Below the pieces are notes generated by a model. That model was not told the DNA's origin and did no database searches. It saw only the letters and a list, made by a program, of their open reading frames with translations. The position numbers and the translations under genes are program-made. 64,000 nucleotides of DNA. Source: an uncultured Rubrobacteraceae bacterium (GTDB taxonomy: Bacteria; Actinomycetota; Rubrobacteria; Rubrobacterales; Rubrobacteraceae). The DNA lies in assembly GCA_902806055.1 (NCBI GenBank), contig CADCVD010000154.1, positions 2,914 through 66,913 on the forward strand. Direction: 5' to 3'. Shown one piece after another: positions 55,648 to 64,000 of this stretch (positions within the stretch are counted from its first letter, which is position 1; each line of letters opens with the position of its first letter).

Positions 55648-57228
55648 CTATCCCCTACGCGAACCGATTCTATTGGCGAACTCTTCTCGCAGCTCGCGTT
55701 TGAGGATCTTGCCGGCGGCGTTGCGGGGCAGGTCATCCACGAAGAAGATGTGCTTGGGGCGCTTGTAGTCCGCCAGCTTCTCCCTGGCGTGCTCTTCCAG
55801 CTCGTCGCGCAGGTTCTCCTCCGCGGCGCCTTCCTTGATAACGACCACGGCGCTAACAGCCTCGATCCATTTCTCGTCCGGGAGTCCTATGACCGCGACC
55901 TCGGAGACCGCCTCGTGCTCGAAGAGGGCGTCCTCCACGTCGCGCCCGGATACCTGTATGCCGCCAGTGTTTATGACGTCCTTCACCCGGTCTACTACGT
56001 AGAGGAAGCCCTCCTCGTCGAAATATCCGAGGTCCCCGGAGTGGAACCAGCCGCCTTCGAACTCTTCTTCGGTCTCCTCAGGTTTCTCCCAGTAGCCCGT
56101 CATGAGCTGTGGGGAGCGGTGGACGATCTCGCCGGTCTCGCCCGCCGACGTATCGTTCATCTCCTCGTCTACGACCCGGGTTTCGACTAACAGGACGGGA
56201 CGCCCGACGGAGGCCAGCCTCTCCTCGGTGAGCTCTTCAGGTCGCAGTACGGTAGCTAGAGGTGAGATCTCGCTCTGCCCGTAGCAGTTGTAGAGCCTGG
56301 GGTTGGGCAACCTCTCCCGCAGCTCTCGAAGCACGGGCACGGGCATGATCGAGGCGCCGTACTGCACCTTTTCGAGGCTGTCGAGGTCGTGCTCCTCGAA
56401 CGCCCGGTGCCGCAAGAAAGAGATCCAGACCGTTGGCGGAGCGAACATGGAGTTGATCTTCTCGTGCTCGATTATCCCGCAGCACTGCTCGGGGTCCGGT
56501 GCTACGACCACGAAGTTCGTCGCCCCGACGAGCAGGTCCGGCATGAGGAAGACGTGCATCTGGGCCGAGTGATACAGCGGGAGCGAGTGCAGCGCGCGGT
56601 CGTCGTAGCGATACTCCAAAGCCTCGACACAGCTCACGTACTCGGCTAGCAGCGCCCGGTGCGTCAGCGTCGCGCCTTTGGGGGCGGAGGTCGTCCCGGA
56701 GGTGTACAGTATCTGCGCTACGTCCTCCTCGTCCAGATCGACCTCGGGCTCGGAGACGTCGTCCCCGCTCCGAGCCAAACTCACGACGTCGAGCTCGTCT
56801 CCATCGTAGAGGGTGCCGTAGATAGTCGCCTCGGCCTCGTCTCGCACTTCTTCGACGCTCCTCTCGAACCCCGGGTCGCGGAAGAGCGCCTTCGAGCCGG
56901 ACTGGTTCAGGGCATAGAGTAACTCCTCGCCGGCGAGGTGGAAGTTCACGGGGACGTGGATCAGGCCCGCCCTCACGCATCCCAGCCAGAGCAGGACGTA
57001 GGCGTCGGAGTTCATGCCGTAGGCGGCCACCCTATCGCCTTTTTCGAGTCCCCGCGCCAGCAACGCGTTGGCGACGCTGTTCGCCCCGGCATCGAGCTCG
57101 GCGTAGCTCCAGCGCCGCTCGCCGAAGATGAGGGCGTCCTTCTTTGGGCTGCGGGCGGCGGAGCGCCTGATGGCGTCGCCGATGGTGTTGCGGCGGGCAC
57201 GGTTTACGGTGCGGTCTATCTCCTGCAC
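55648..57228 (-). CDS. Acyl-CoA synthetase (AMP-binding)
   Basis: YTSGTTSAPKG, YGQSE, HSGD, DRVKD, PRNAAGKILK. Confidence 0.92.
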   Translation of the reverse strand: MQEIDRTVNRARRNTIGDAIRRSAARSPKKDALIFGERRWSYAELDAGANSVANALLARGLEKGDRVAAYGMNSDAYVLLWLGCVRAGLIHVPVNFHLAGEELLYALNQSGSKALFRDPGFERSVEEVRDEAEATIYGTLYDGDELDVVSLARSGDDVSEPEVDLDEEDVAQILYTSGTTSAPKGATLTHRALLAEYVSCVEALEYRYDDRALHSLPLYHSAQMHVFLMPDLLVGATNFVVVAPDPEQCCGIIEHEKINSMFAPPTVWISFLRHRAFEEHDLDSLEKVQYGASIMPVPVLRELRERLPNPRLYNCYGQSEISPLATVLRPEELTEERLASVGRPVLLVETRVVDEEMNDTSAGETGEIVHRSPQLMTGYWEKPEETEEEFEGGWFHSGDLGYFDEEGFLYVVDRVKDVINTGGIQVSGRDVEDALFEHEAVSEVAVIGLPDEKWIEAVSAVVVIKEGAAEENLRDELEEHAREKLADYKRPKHIFFVDDLPRNAAGKILKRELREEFANRIGSRRG

Positions 57229-57296
57229 GTCAGACCTCCTTCAAGTGTATTGCTCGTGCGGCGGGCCTCCTGCCCAGCTTTTTGGGAATCGGACAT

Positions 57297-57422
57297 CTAT
57301 CCCACCATGGGGCGGGATTCCTCGACCCCGCCCGGAGCTTCGAGGGACTCCTGGTGCTCACGCAGGATGCCGCGGGAGATGACTAGTTTCTGGATCTCGC
57401 TGCTGGTAAGCCCGAAGTCCAT
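57297..57422 (-). pseudogene. Acyl-CoA dehydrogenase scar: N-terminus fused in frame to C-terminus
   Basis: MDFGLT + SSEIQKLVISRGILRE in a 41-aa ORF. Confidence 0.65.
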
Positions 57423-57426
57423 CCGC

Positions 57427-58602
57427 TCACACCTCCACCAGCACGGCGTCGCCCTGGCCGCCGCCGGAACAGAGGGTCGCGAGACCCCTCCCGCCGCCCC
57501 TGCGCTTGAGTTCGTACAAGAGCGTCATCAGGATGCGGGCCCCGGAGGCGCCTATCGGGTGGCCCAGAGCCACCGCCCCGCCGCTGACGTTCACGATCCC
57601 GGGGTTCACGCCGAGAATGTCGGTCGAGTGGATCGCGACCAACGCGAAAGCCTCGTTTATCTCCACCAGATCTAGGTCTTCGGCCTTCCACCCGGCCTTC
57701 TCCAGAGCGAGCTTTCCGGCGTTGCCCGGCACCGTCGGCAGGTTCGGCGGGTCCTCGGCGACCTTGGCGTGCGCGACGATGGCCCCGAGCGGTTCGAGGC
57801 TGCTCTTCTCGGCGAAGCTCTCGCTGGCGAGCACCAGTGCTCCGGCCCCGTCGGTGACGCCGGGAGCGTTGCCCGGTGTCACGGTCCCGCCCTCGTCTAG
57901 CGGCTTCAGAGCGGCGAGCTTCTCCAGGCTGGCGTCGAAGCGAATGGGCTCGTCGGCCTCGACGTAGTTTGTCTCTCCCTTCTTGCCGGAGACCTTAACA
58001 CCCACGATCTCCTCGGAGAGCTTGCCTTCTTCGGTCGCGGTGGCGGCGCGCTGATGGCTGCGCAGAGCCCACTCGTCCTGCTGCTCGCGGGAGATGCCGT
58101 GCTTCCTGGCACCATCAGTGCCGAAGCGGATCATGTTGACGTGTTCGAAGGCGTCCAAGAGACCGTCGTGCATCATACCGTCGAGGGCCCTGAAGTCTCC
58201 CATACGCGCCCCCCAACGGGCCTTCTCCATCAAGTAGGGGGCGTTTGACATGCTCTCCATGCCGCCCGCGAGGACCACCCCGTAGTCCCCGGCCCGGATC
58301 ATCGTCTCCGCCAGAGTCGCGCTCCTCAGCCCCGAGGCACACACCTGATTGAGCGTCTCGGTCGTCAGCTCGAAGGGCAGACCCGCGTGATAGTTGGCCT
58401 GCCTGGAGGGGATTTGCCCCACCCCCGCCTGCACGACGATGCCGAAGACTGAGTGCTGCAACTCCGAATCCTCGATGCCGGACCGATCCATGGCCTCCCG
58501 TATAGCGACCCCGCCGAGTTCCGGAGCGCTCAGGGACGAGAGCGCCCCGCCAAACTTACCGAACGGCGTTCGCGCCGCTCCCAGTACTACCGTCCGTTCC
58601 AC
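57427..58602 (-). CDS. Acetyl-CoA C-acyltransferase (thiolase)
   Basis: RTPFG, NQVCASG, GGMESMS, NEAFA, GHPIGASGAR, CSGGGQG. Confidence 0.93.
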   Translation of the reverse strand: MERTVVLGAARTPFGKFGGALSSLSAPELGGVAIREAMDRSGIEDSELQHSVFGIVVQAGVGQIPSRQANYHAGLPFELTTETLNQVCASGLRSATLAETMIRAGDYGVVLAGGMESMSNAPYLMEKARWGARMGDFRALDGMMHDGLLDAFEHVNMIRFGTDGARKHGISREQQDEWALRSHQRAATATEEGKLSEEIVGVKVSGKKGETNYVEADEPIRFDASLEKLAALKPLDEGGTVTPGNAPGVTDGAGALVLASESFAEKSSLEPLGAIVAHAKVAEDPPNLPTVPGNAGKLALEKAGWKAEDLDLVEINEAFALVAIHSTDILGVNPGIVNVSGGAVALGHPIGASGARILMTLLYELKRRGGGRGLATLCSGGGQGDAVLVEV

Positions 58603-58659
58603 TGCTGCTTCTCCTTCGTAGACAGCGACCATAACCCTCGCCGGGTATCACCGACTCCC

Positions 58660-59427
58660 CTAGCTTGGAGCCATGCGTATCGCCCCGTCGAGCCTTATGA
58701 CCTCTCCGTTTAGCATCTGGTTCTCCACGATGTGCTTGACCAATGCGGCATACTCCTCGGGGCGTCCCAGGCGGGAGGGGAATGGAACCTGGTTGCCCAA
58801 GGATTCCTGGGCCTCCTCGGGTAGGGCGGCGAGCATCGGGGTCTCGAAGATACCCGGTGCGATGGTCATGACCCGGATGCCGTGCTCGGCCATCTCGCGG
58901 GCCACGGGTAGCGTCATGCTGGCGACGCCGCCTTTAGACGCCGAGTAGGCAGCCTGACCTATCTGGCCGTCGAAGGCCGCGACGCTGGCGGTGTTGACGA
59001 TAACGCCGCGTTCTCCGCCCTCGTTCGGCTCGTTCTCCATCATGATGGGTGCTGCCAGCCGTATGGGGTTGAACGTACCTACCAGGTTGATCTGCACCGC
59101 CTTCACGAAAGAGCCGAGGGAGTGAGGTCCCCTCTTGCTCACCACCTTCTCGGCGGGACCGATGCCGGCGCAGTTGACCAGGCCGTGCAGCCCCCCGAAG
59201 GCGTCGAGGGCCGCGTCGAGGGCGCTCTGCGTGCTCTCCTCGTCGGTCACGTCCGCGCGCACGAAGCGAGCCCCGTCGCCAACCTCAGAAGCCAGCTCTT
59301 CGCCGGCCTCCTGGTTCACGTCCGCAATGAGGACGTTGGCCCCTTCTCGGGCCAGACGCCGTACTGTGGCGGCGCCCAGGCCCGAGCCGCCGCCGGTGAC
59401 GAAGAAGGTGCATCTCTGTATCTCCAT
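58660..59427 (-). CDS. 3-hydroxyacyl-CoA dehydrogenase, SDR HSD10 type
   Basis: [39 protein letters not shown]. Confidence 0.93.
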   Translation of the reverse strand: MEIQRCTFFVTGGGSGLGAATVRRLAREGANVLIADVNQEAGEELASEVGDGARFVRADVTDEESTQSALDAALDAFGGLHGLVNCAGIGPAEKVVSKRGPHSLGSFVKAVQINLVGTFNPIRLAAPIMMENEPNEGGERGVIVNTASVAAFDGQIGQAAYSASKGGVASMTLPVAREMAEHGIRVMTIAPGIFETPMLAALPEEAQESLGNQVPFPSRLGRPEEYAALVKHIVENQMLNGEVIRLDGAIRMAPS

Positions 59428-59476
59428 TAGATTCGCTCCAAAATAGTAGCGGTGGCCATGCCGTGGCCGATACACA

Positions 59477-59880
59477 TTACCCGCAAGTCAAACTGCCCGT
59501 CGGCGGCTCTCGGTGGCGAAGGCGTCTAGATCCTCGCGCGTGATCTCCGACTTCTCCACGATCCGCTCGCCGCTCTCGCCCTGGTGGACGAGGTCTTGCT
59601 CCTCTAGAAGATCCGGGTTCACCCCGAAGCCCGAGACGCCATCGCCTGTGTCGCTGAACATCTGCCGCCCGCGTCATGCTCTCGACGCCCGAGGCATAGC
59701 GTAGCTTATGCCGCCCACGCCTATCGCCTGCGAAGCGAAGTGGGCTGCCTTCTGTCTGGAACCGCACATCCGGTTGGGGCTGACCGCCGGGACGGTTGCA
59801 GGGCTCACGGCGCCCGGAGACGCGACCTCGTGCTCAACGCAGATCAGGACGAGGTCGGGGGCACTTCCGTTCCCGTTCAA
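59477..59880 (-). pseudogene. Thiolase remnant
   Basis: Fragments [50 protein letters not shown] in different frames. Confidence 0.7.
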
Positions 59881-60854
59881 GAGTCGAAGAGCTTCTTTGG
59901 GTTCTCGACGAAGATGTTGTTTATCTGCTCGTCGGTTATGCCGGCCTTCTTGAGTATGGGGATGATGTTGTCGAAGAGGTGAGTTATGTGCCAGTTGGCC
60001 AGGAGCTCTGCGGCTTCCTCCGGGAGTACGGGGGGCCGGCCGAGCCAGACGTTCACGGTGTCGTGCGAGAGCATGATACGGTCTCCGTAGCCCGTCCCGA
60101 GAAGCCCGAGGAGGCAGGCCGTGCGCATCTCATCCATCGGCATACCCACGAGGCCCTGGATGCCGTAGCGGTCAAAAGCTATGTTGACCCCATGGTTAAG
60201 GGTCCCGATATGATAGGCCTGGTCGGTGTTGCCGTCCATGTGTCCTATCATGATCCGGTCCGGGTCGGCTCCTTCAGAGATCAAGAACTCGGCCTGTTCG
60301 GGGGCCATCGTCCCTTCTTGAGTATGGGTGATGATGGGAACGCCGGTCTCCCTCTGGGCCTTCGCCCCGGCCATAAAGAACATCTTCTCGTAGTCGGTGA
60401 TGGCGTTCAGGCTCGAAGCGAGCTTGACGACGCCGGGCTTGATACCCGTATCCCCGATGCCGTCGGCAATCTCGGTCATCAGAAGCTCCTCGACCTCAGC
60501 CGGGGCTGACCCGAGGGCCTGGCGGAACGCGAAGTAGGCCGGGGCGCCCTCACCCTCGAAGTAGTAGCCGGTCGAGCAGATTATCTGTATCTCGGCGCGT
60601 TCGGAGATCTCGCGCAGAACCTCTACGTCCCGGCCGCACTCGTTTGGAGTGGCATCCACAATCGTCTTGACACCGTGGGCCTTGGCCTTCTCGGCGACCT
60701 CGATACCGGTCTCCACTATAGCCTTCCGGTCGTAGGGCCCCAGGGTGTCACCCTGGAAACCGGGGAAGCCAAAGGCGAAGTGCTCGTGCATCAACGTCAT
60801 GCCCAGATCGTCCGAAGAGATCTGGCCCGTCACCGTATTCACCGTCGTCGCCAT
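59877..60854 (-). CDS. Phosphotriesterase-like lactonase (PLL)
   Basis: TLMHEH, TGYYFEGEGAPAYF, GVVKLASS, THTQEGTM, LSHDTVNVWLGRP. Confidence 0.92.
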   Translation of the reverse strand: MATTVNTVTGQISSDDLGMTLMHEHFAFGFPGFQGDTLGPYDRKAIVETGIEVAEKAKAHGVKTIVDATPNECGRDVEVLREISERAEIQIICSTGYYFEGEGAPAYFAFRQALGSAPAEVEELLMTEIADGIGDTGIKPGVVKLASSLNAITDYEKMFFMAGAKAQRETGVPIITHTQEGTMAPEQAEFLISEGADPDRIMIGHMDGNTDQAYHIGTLNHGVNIAFDRYGIQGLVGMPMDEMRTACLLGLLGTGYGDRIMLSHDTVNVWLGRPPVLPEEAAELLANWHITHLFDNIIPILKKAGITDEQINNIFVENPKKLFDS

Positions 60855-60867
60855 CCTCTGCTCCTCT

Positions 60868-61045
60868 CTACTCGCTCTTGGCTCTTTCGGTCGTTAGGCT
60901 TCCCTCGCGCGCCTTCTTCAGCTCCAGCTTGGCTACCGACGCGCGGTGGATCTCGTCGGGGACGCCGGAGAGGCGCAGGATGCGCGACTCGGCCCAGAAG
61001 CTGGCGAGCAAAAAATCGTCAGAGTTCGGGGCGATTTGCAAGAAC
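60868..61045 (-). pseudogene. C-terminal remnant of an acyl-CoA dehydrogenase
   Basis: SDDFLLASFWAESRILRLSGVPDEIHRASVAKLELKK resembles the ACAD RLADGPDEVH C-terminus. Confidence 0.65.
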
Positions 61046-61128
61046 CGTGCTCGGCCTTCCCTAAAGAGGTGCGATCTCTAGAAATCGACTCCCGCTAATA
61101 GTGCTGGTGGGCAACGGAAGGTATCCCC

Positions 61129-62826
61129 TCAAGCCTCTGCCTGTGCCCCTTCTCTGAGCTCGCGCCGCAAGAACTTGCCGGTCGGAGTCTTTGGCAACTC
61201 GTCCAGGAACTCTATCTGCCTGGGATACTTGTAGTTGGCCATCCGCTCTTTGCAGTAGGAGATCAACTCCTCCTCTGTTACATCCCCTCCTTCCTTTAGC
61301 GCTACAAACGCCCTCACAGTCTCTCCCCGGTACTCGTCCGGCACCCCAACCGCTGCGGCCTCCATTACCTGCTCGTGGGTGTAGAGGACGTCCTCTACCT
61401 CCCTTGGCCACACCTTGTAACCCCCCACGTTTATCATGTCCTTCTTGCGGTCCACTATGTAGAACCAGCCCTCTTGGTCCATTACCGCCACGTCCCCTGT
61501 TAGGAAGTAGCCCTCATAGAAGGCTTCTTGCGTCTCTTCGGGCTTGTTCCAGTAGCCCTTGAAGATCATTGGTCCCTTGGCAGCAAACTCGCCAGCCTCG
61601 CCGACCGACACCTCCTCTGATGGGTCGTCTTCCTTCACCAGCTTCACCTCGCAGTTTGGCACCGGCACCCCTACCGAAAGTGCTCCGCTCTCCTCATCCA
61701 ACGGTGCGCGGGTACCTAGAGGAACGAAGTGGGTTGGGGAGTTGCTCTCCGTCAAGCCGTAGGCTATGTGGATGTAGACGCCGAACTTCTCCTCGAATTG
61801 ATCTACTACGCTCGGTGCTACCGGGGCACCGCCGCTGTAGCACTTGGTAAGCGAAGAGAGGTCGTACTCATCTGAGCCTTCCGTGTTCATAAGCGCTATG
61901 AAGGCGGTTATGGAGCCTATGGTCATAGCAGGGCGCCACTTATCGATGAGGCGCAGCACCTCCCCAGGGTCTACGCGATGAAAGAGAATTAACGGTACCC
62001 CGGCGATCCCGGCGAGCGTGATGTGCCCGATAAGGCCCGTTATGTGAAAGAGAGGAGCAATGCCCAAGATGCTGTCCTCGTCTGCTATCTGCATCCAGGT
62101 TCTATAGACCTCGGAGTTGAAGGCGACGTTGGAGTGGGTCTCCATGGTGCCCTTAGGCTGGCCTGTGGTACCTGAGGTGTAGACAAGGTAGGCTACGTCC
62201 TCTGGTAATACCTGCTCGCGGGCCCCTTCATCCGGCTCGGTCTGGCGCAGAACCTCGAAGAGATCCTCCACCCCTTCAGAAGAAGAGAGCTGCCTCCTCG
62301 ATGAGTCTGCAAGGGGAGAAAGATCCTCCTCGGCCCCCTCCTCTAAAAAGTCAAGCTCGCTGGTGGTGAAGACCTGCTCGACACTAGTATTCTCCAGCAC
62401 CTCCCTGGCCACGCTCTCATACAAGCTCTCCAGGCAGACCAACACCTTAGTGCCAGAATCGTTTAGGTGATAGTCGAGCTCCTTCTGCTTGAGCATCGGG
62501 TTGATAGGGACCATGATAGCGCCGCGTTTCCAGGCCCCGTACTGGGCTATTAGGAACTGGGGATTATTCTGAGTGTAAACGGCAACCCTGTCACCCTTGT
62601 GGACGCCCCGGGAGGCCAGCAGCGTGGCGAAGCGGTTGGCAAGGTCGTTGAGCTGCGAGTAAGAGACCGTCTGGTCGAAGTAGCGGATAGCATCCACGTC
62701 CGGTACGCGCTCTGCAGATTCTTCGAAGAAGTCGATCATGCTCTTCCGGGGCAGCGGCAACTCCTTTGGCATGTAATCAGCGTACTTGTCCAACCACGGC
62801 TTGTTCTCGTATACGGAATTCCCCAC
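61129..62826 (-). CDS. Long-chain fatty acid-CoA ligase
   Basis: YTSGTTGQPKG, YGLTE, TGD, DRKKDMI, PKTPTGK. Confidence 0.93.
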   Translation of the reverse strand: MGNSVYENKPWLDKYADYMPKELPLPRKSMIDFFEESAERVPDVDAIRYFDQTVSYSQLNDLANRFATLLASRGVHKGDRVAVYTQNNPQFLIAQYGAWKRGAIMVPINPMLKQKELDYHLNDSGTKVLVCLESLYESVAREVLENTSVEQVFTTSELDFLEEGAEEDLSPLADSSRRQLSSSEGVEDLFEVLRQTEPDEGAREQVLPEDVAYLVYTSGTTGQPKGTMETHSNVAFNSEVYRTWMQIADEDSILGIAPLFHITGLIGHITLAGIAGVPLILFHRVDPGEVLRLIDKWRPAMTIGSITAFIALMNTEGSDEYDLSSLTKCYSGGAPVAPSVVDQFEEKFGVYIHIAYGLTESNSPTHFVPLGTRAPLDEESGALSVGVPVPNCEVKLVKEDDPSEEVSVGEAGEFAAKGPMIFKGYWNKPEETQEAFYEGYFLTGDVAVMDQEGWFYIVDRKKDMINVGGYKVWPREVEDVLYTHEQVMEAAAVGVPDEYRGETVRAFVALKEGGDVTEEELISYCKERMANYKYPRQIEFLDELPKTPTGKFLRRELREGAQAEA

Positions 62827-62889
62827 CTTATGACCCCCTGTGCGTCAGCGCCAGCGCGCCGCCCACCAATAATGCTTCTCTTTCCCCTT

Positions 62890-62905
62890 GCTAACGCTCG
62901 TTAGC
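62890..62905. promoter_or_regulatory. Palindromic operator (TetR-type) upstream of the ligase cluster
   Basis: GCTAACG-CT-CGTTAGC perfect 7-bp arms. Confidence 0.55.
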
Positions 62906-63248
62906 CCTTCGCCGGCCATCATGGTAAGGGCTTGATGCGTGTGCGTCAAGCTTTCCTCTAGAGTAGCAACCGGCTCTGTAATCTCCCTGATAAAGCGCTG
63001 ACGCGCCGGTCATCCGGGTTGGGAATCTACGCATCTTGCGCCCTACGCTCGCCCTGCGCCTTCGTCTGGCAAAGCGAAGGTACGGCGCGCGTCGAGCTAG
63101 TTTGTACAACTGCTTCTCGTGATTTTGATAGCTGCCGGAGGATTCCGTGCTGAGGATCATACGCTACTCGAGTTTTTGTCAACCTGCAGAGAGTCTCTAG
63201 ACGCAGGGAGTCCCTAGAAAGGGAGTAGCTTAGACGACGTTCGGAGCG

Positions 63249-63644
63249 TCAGTTGCTCCGGACGTCCCTTGCTCCAACGATTCTCGAGGCAAAATCCCGT
63301 ACTGGCGCACCGCGCACGTACTCTTTCATTCTGCTACTAATCAACGCCTGGTCTTGCTTGTCGAGGCTCGGGATCTCGCGGTGCGAGATCAGAAGCTCCC
63401 TGAGGTAGCGTATGGCCAGTCGGGCGTACGCCTCAGCCGTGCGCCGCAGCTGCTCGTCAACATCATCGACCCAGGCGATCGCGGCTCGTTGCGCCGCGAT
63501 CGCCTGCTCCGTAATGCTGAACATAAGGTCCCGCAGGATTTGCTGTTTGGAGTGCATATTGTTATAGAGGCTGGGCCCCCGTATGCCGAGCTCCTGCGCG
63601 ATGTCTCCTACGGTTGTTCCCAGACAGCCAAGCTCGGCGAACAA
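63249..63644 (-). pseudogene. TetR family regulator, truncated
   Basis: LFAELG..GTTVGDIAQELGIRGPSLYN...SK; helix 1 and a clear start are missing. Confidence 0.75.
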
Positions 63645-63717
63645 TGTGAGCGGAACCTACCGCGTGATACCGGGCTCCCTGGTCGCTACTGCCCGCGACA
63701 CGAGCCCACAAGGCTCG

Positions 63718-64000
63718 CTACCTGTGCCGCACTCTCTCTAGAAAAGCCGGCCGATCTTCTTCAGAAGGCTCCGGCATCGCTAACAGGCCTTCCTCGACAA
63801 AGCGGCGTGTGTAGATGCGTAAAAGGGAGGCGTTGATCTGAGGCCGGCGCAGGCCGCTACCATGCAAAGCCTCCCGCGTATTAGAGTCGTCGTAGACGTT
63901 ACCGTCCCAGAGTTCGTGCGTCTCGGGCGCGCCGCCCAGAATACCACCGACGATACTATCGTCCGTCTCCCGGGACGACCTCTGCAAAGCCTCCAGCCAG
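63718..64000 (-). CDS. C-terminus of an NRPS-type thioester reductase (R) domain protein; gene enters from beyond the window
   Basis: WLEALQ...YDDSNTREALHGSGLRRPQINASLLRIYTRRFVEEGLL is typical of R-domain C-termini. Confidence 0.75.
   Translation of the reverse strand, partial: WLEALQRSSRETDDSIVGGILGGAPETHELWDGNVYDDSNTREALHGSGLRRPQINASLLRIYTRRFVEEGLLAMPEPSEEDRPAFLERVRHR

Noticed and set aside
62891-63160. Possible MarR remnant (IPNPDDRRVS in an alternate frame)
   Set aside because: Only one short motif among stops; too weak to call

Overview
GC-rich actinobacterial chromosome segment, most consistent with a Rubrobacter-like organism (inferred from gene content, synteny and small hypothetical families; not proven). 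The left half holds mostly intact core genes: XPB/DUF790 pair, ahcY, fabI, dnaB-rplI-rpsR-rpsF, an ABC exporter, a PlsB-like acyltransferase, crtI-crtB, and a SAM-I riboswitch controlling yitJ-metH. The middle holds a MarR/TspO/CarF stress-lipid block, a decayed PAS-GGDEF-EAL gene, serA, an IlvD-like pseudoenzyme and gatB. The right third is accessory: a two-component island ending at a tRNA-Thr(CGT) 3' fragment, a partly collapsed lactonase/beta-oxidation cluster, and the C-terminus of an NRPS-type reductase. Best leads: (1) an apparent split bacterial version of the fungal A-T-R-R glycine betaine reductase (R1 at the window edge, stand-alone R2 SDR in two copies); (2) a CarF/TMEM189-type desaturase with the full plasmalogen-type His set; (3) rpsF apparently starting at AUA behind an S6:S18 leader; (4) a SAM-I riboswitch with a changed ligand-pocket base alongside an SIH-type AhcY. 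All family calls are by eye from motifs; no database searches were run.
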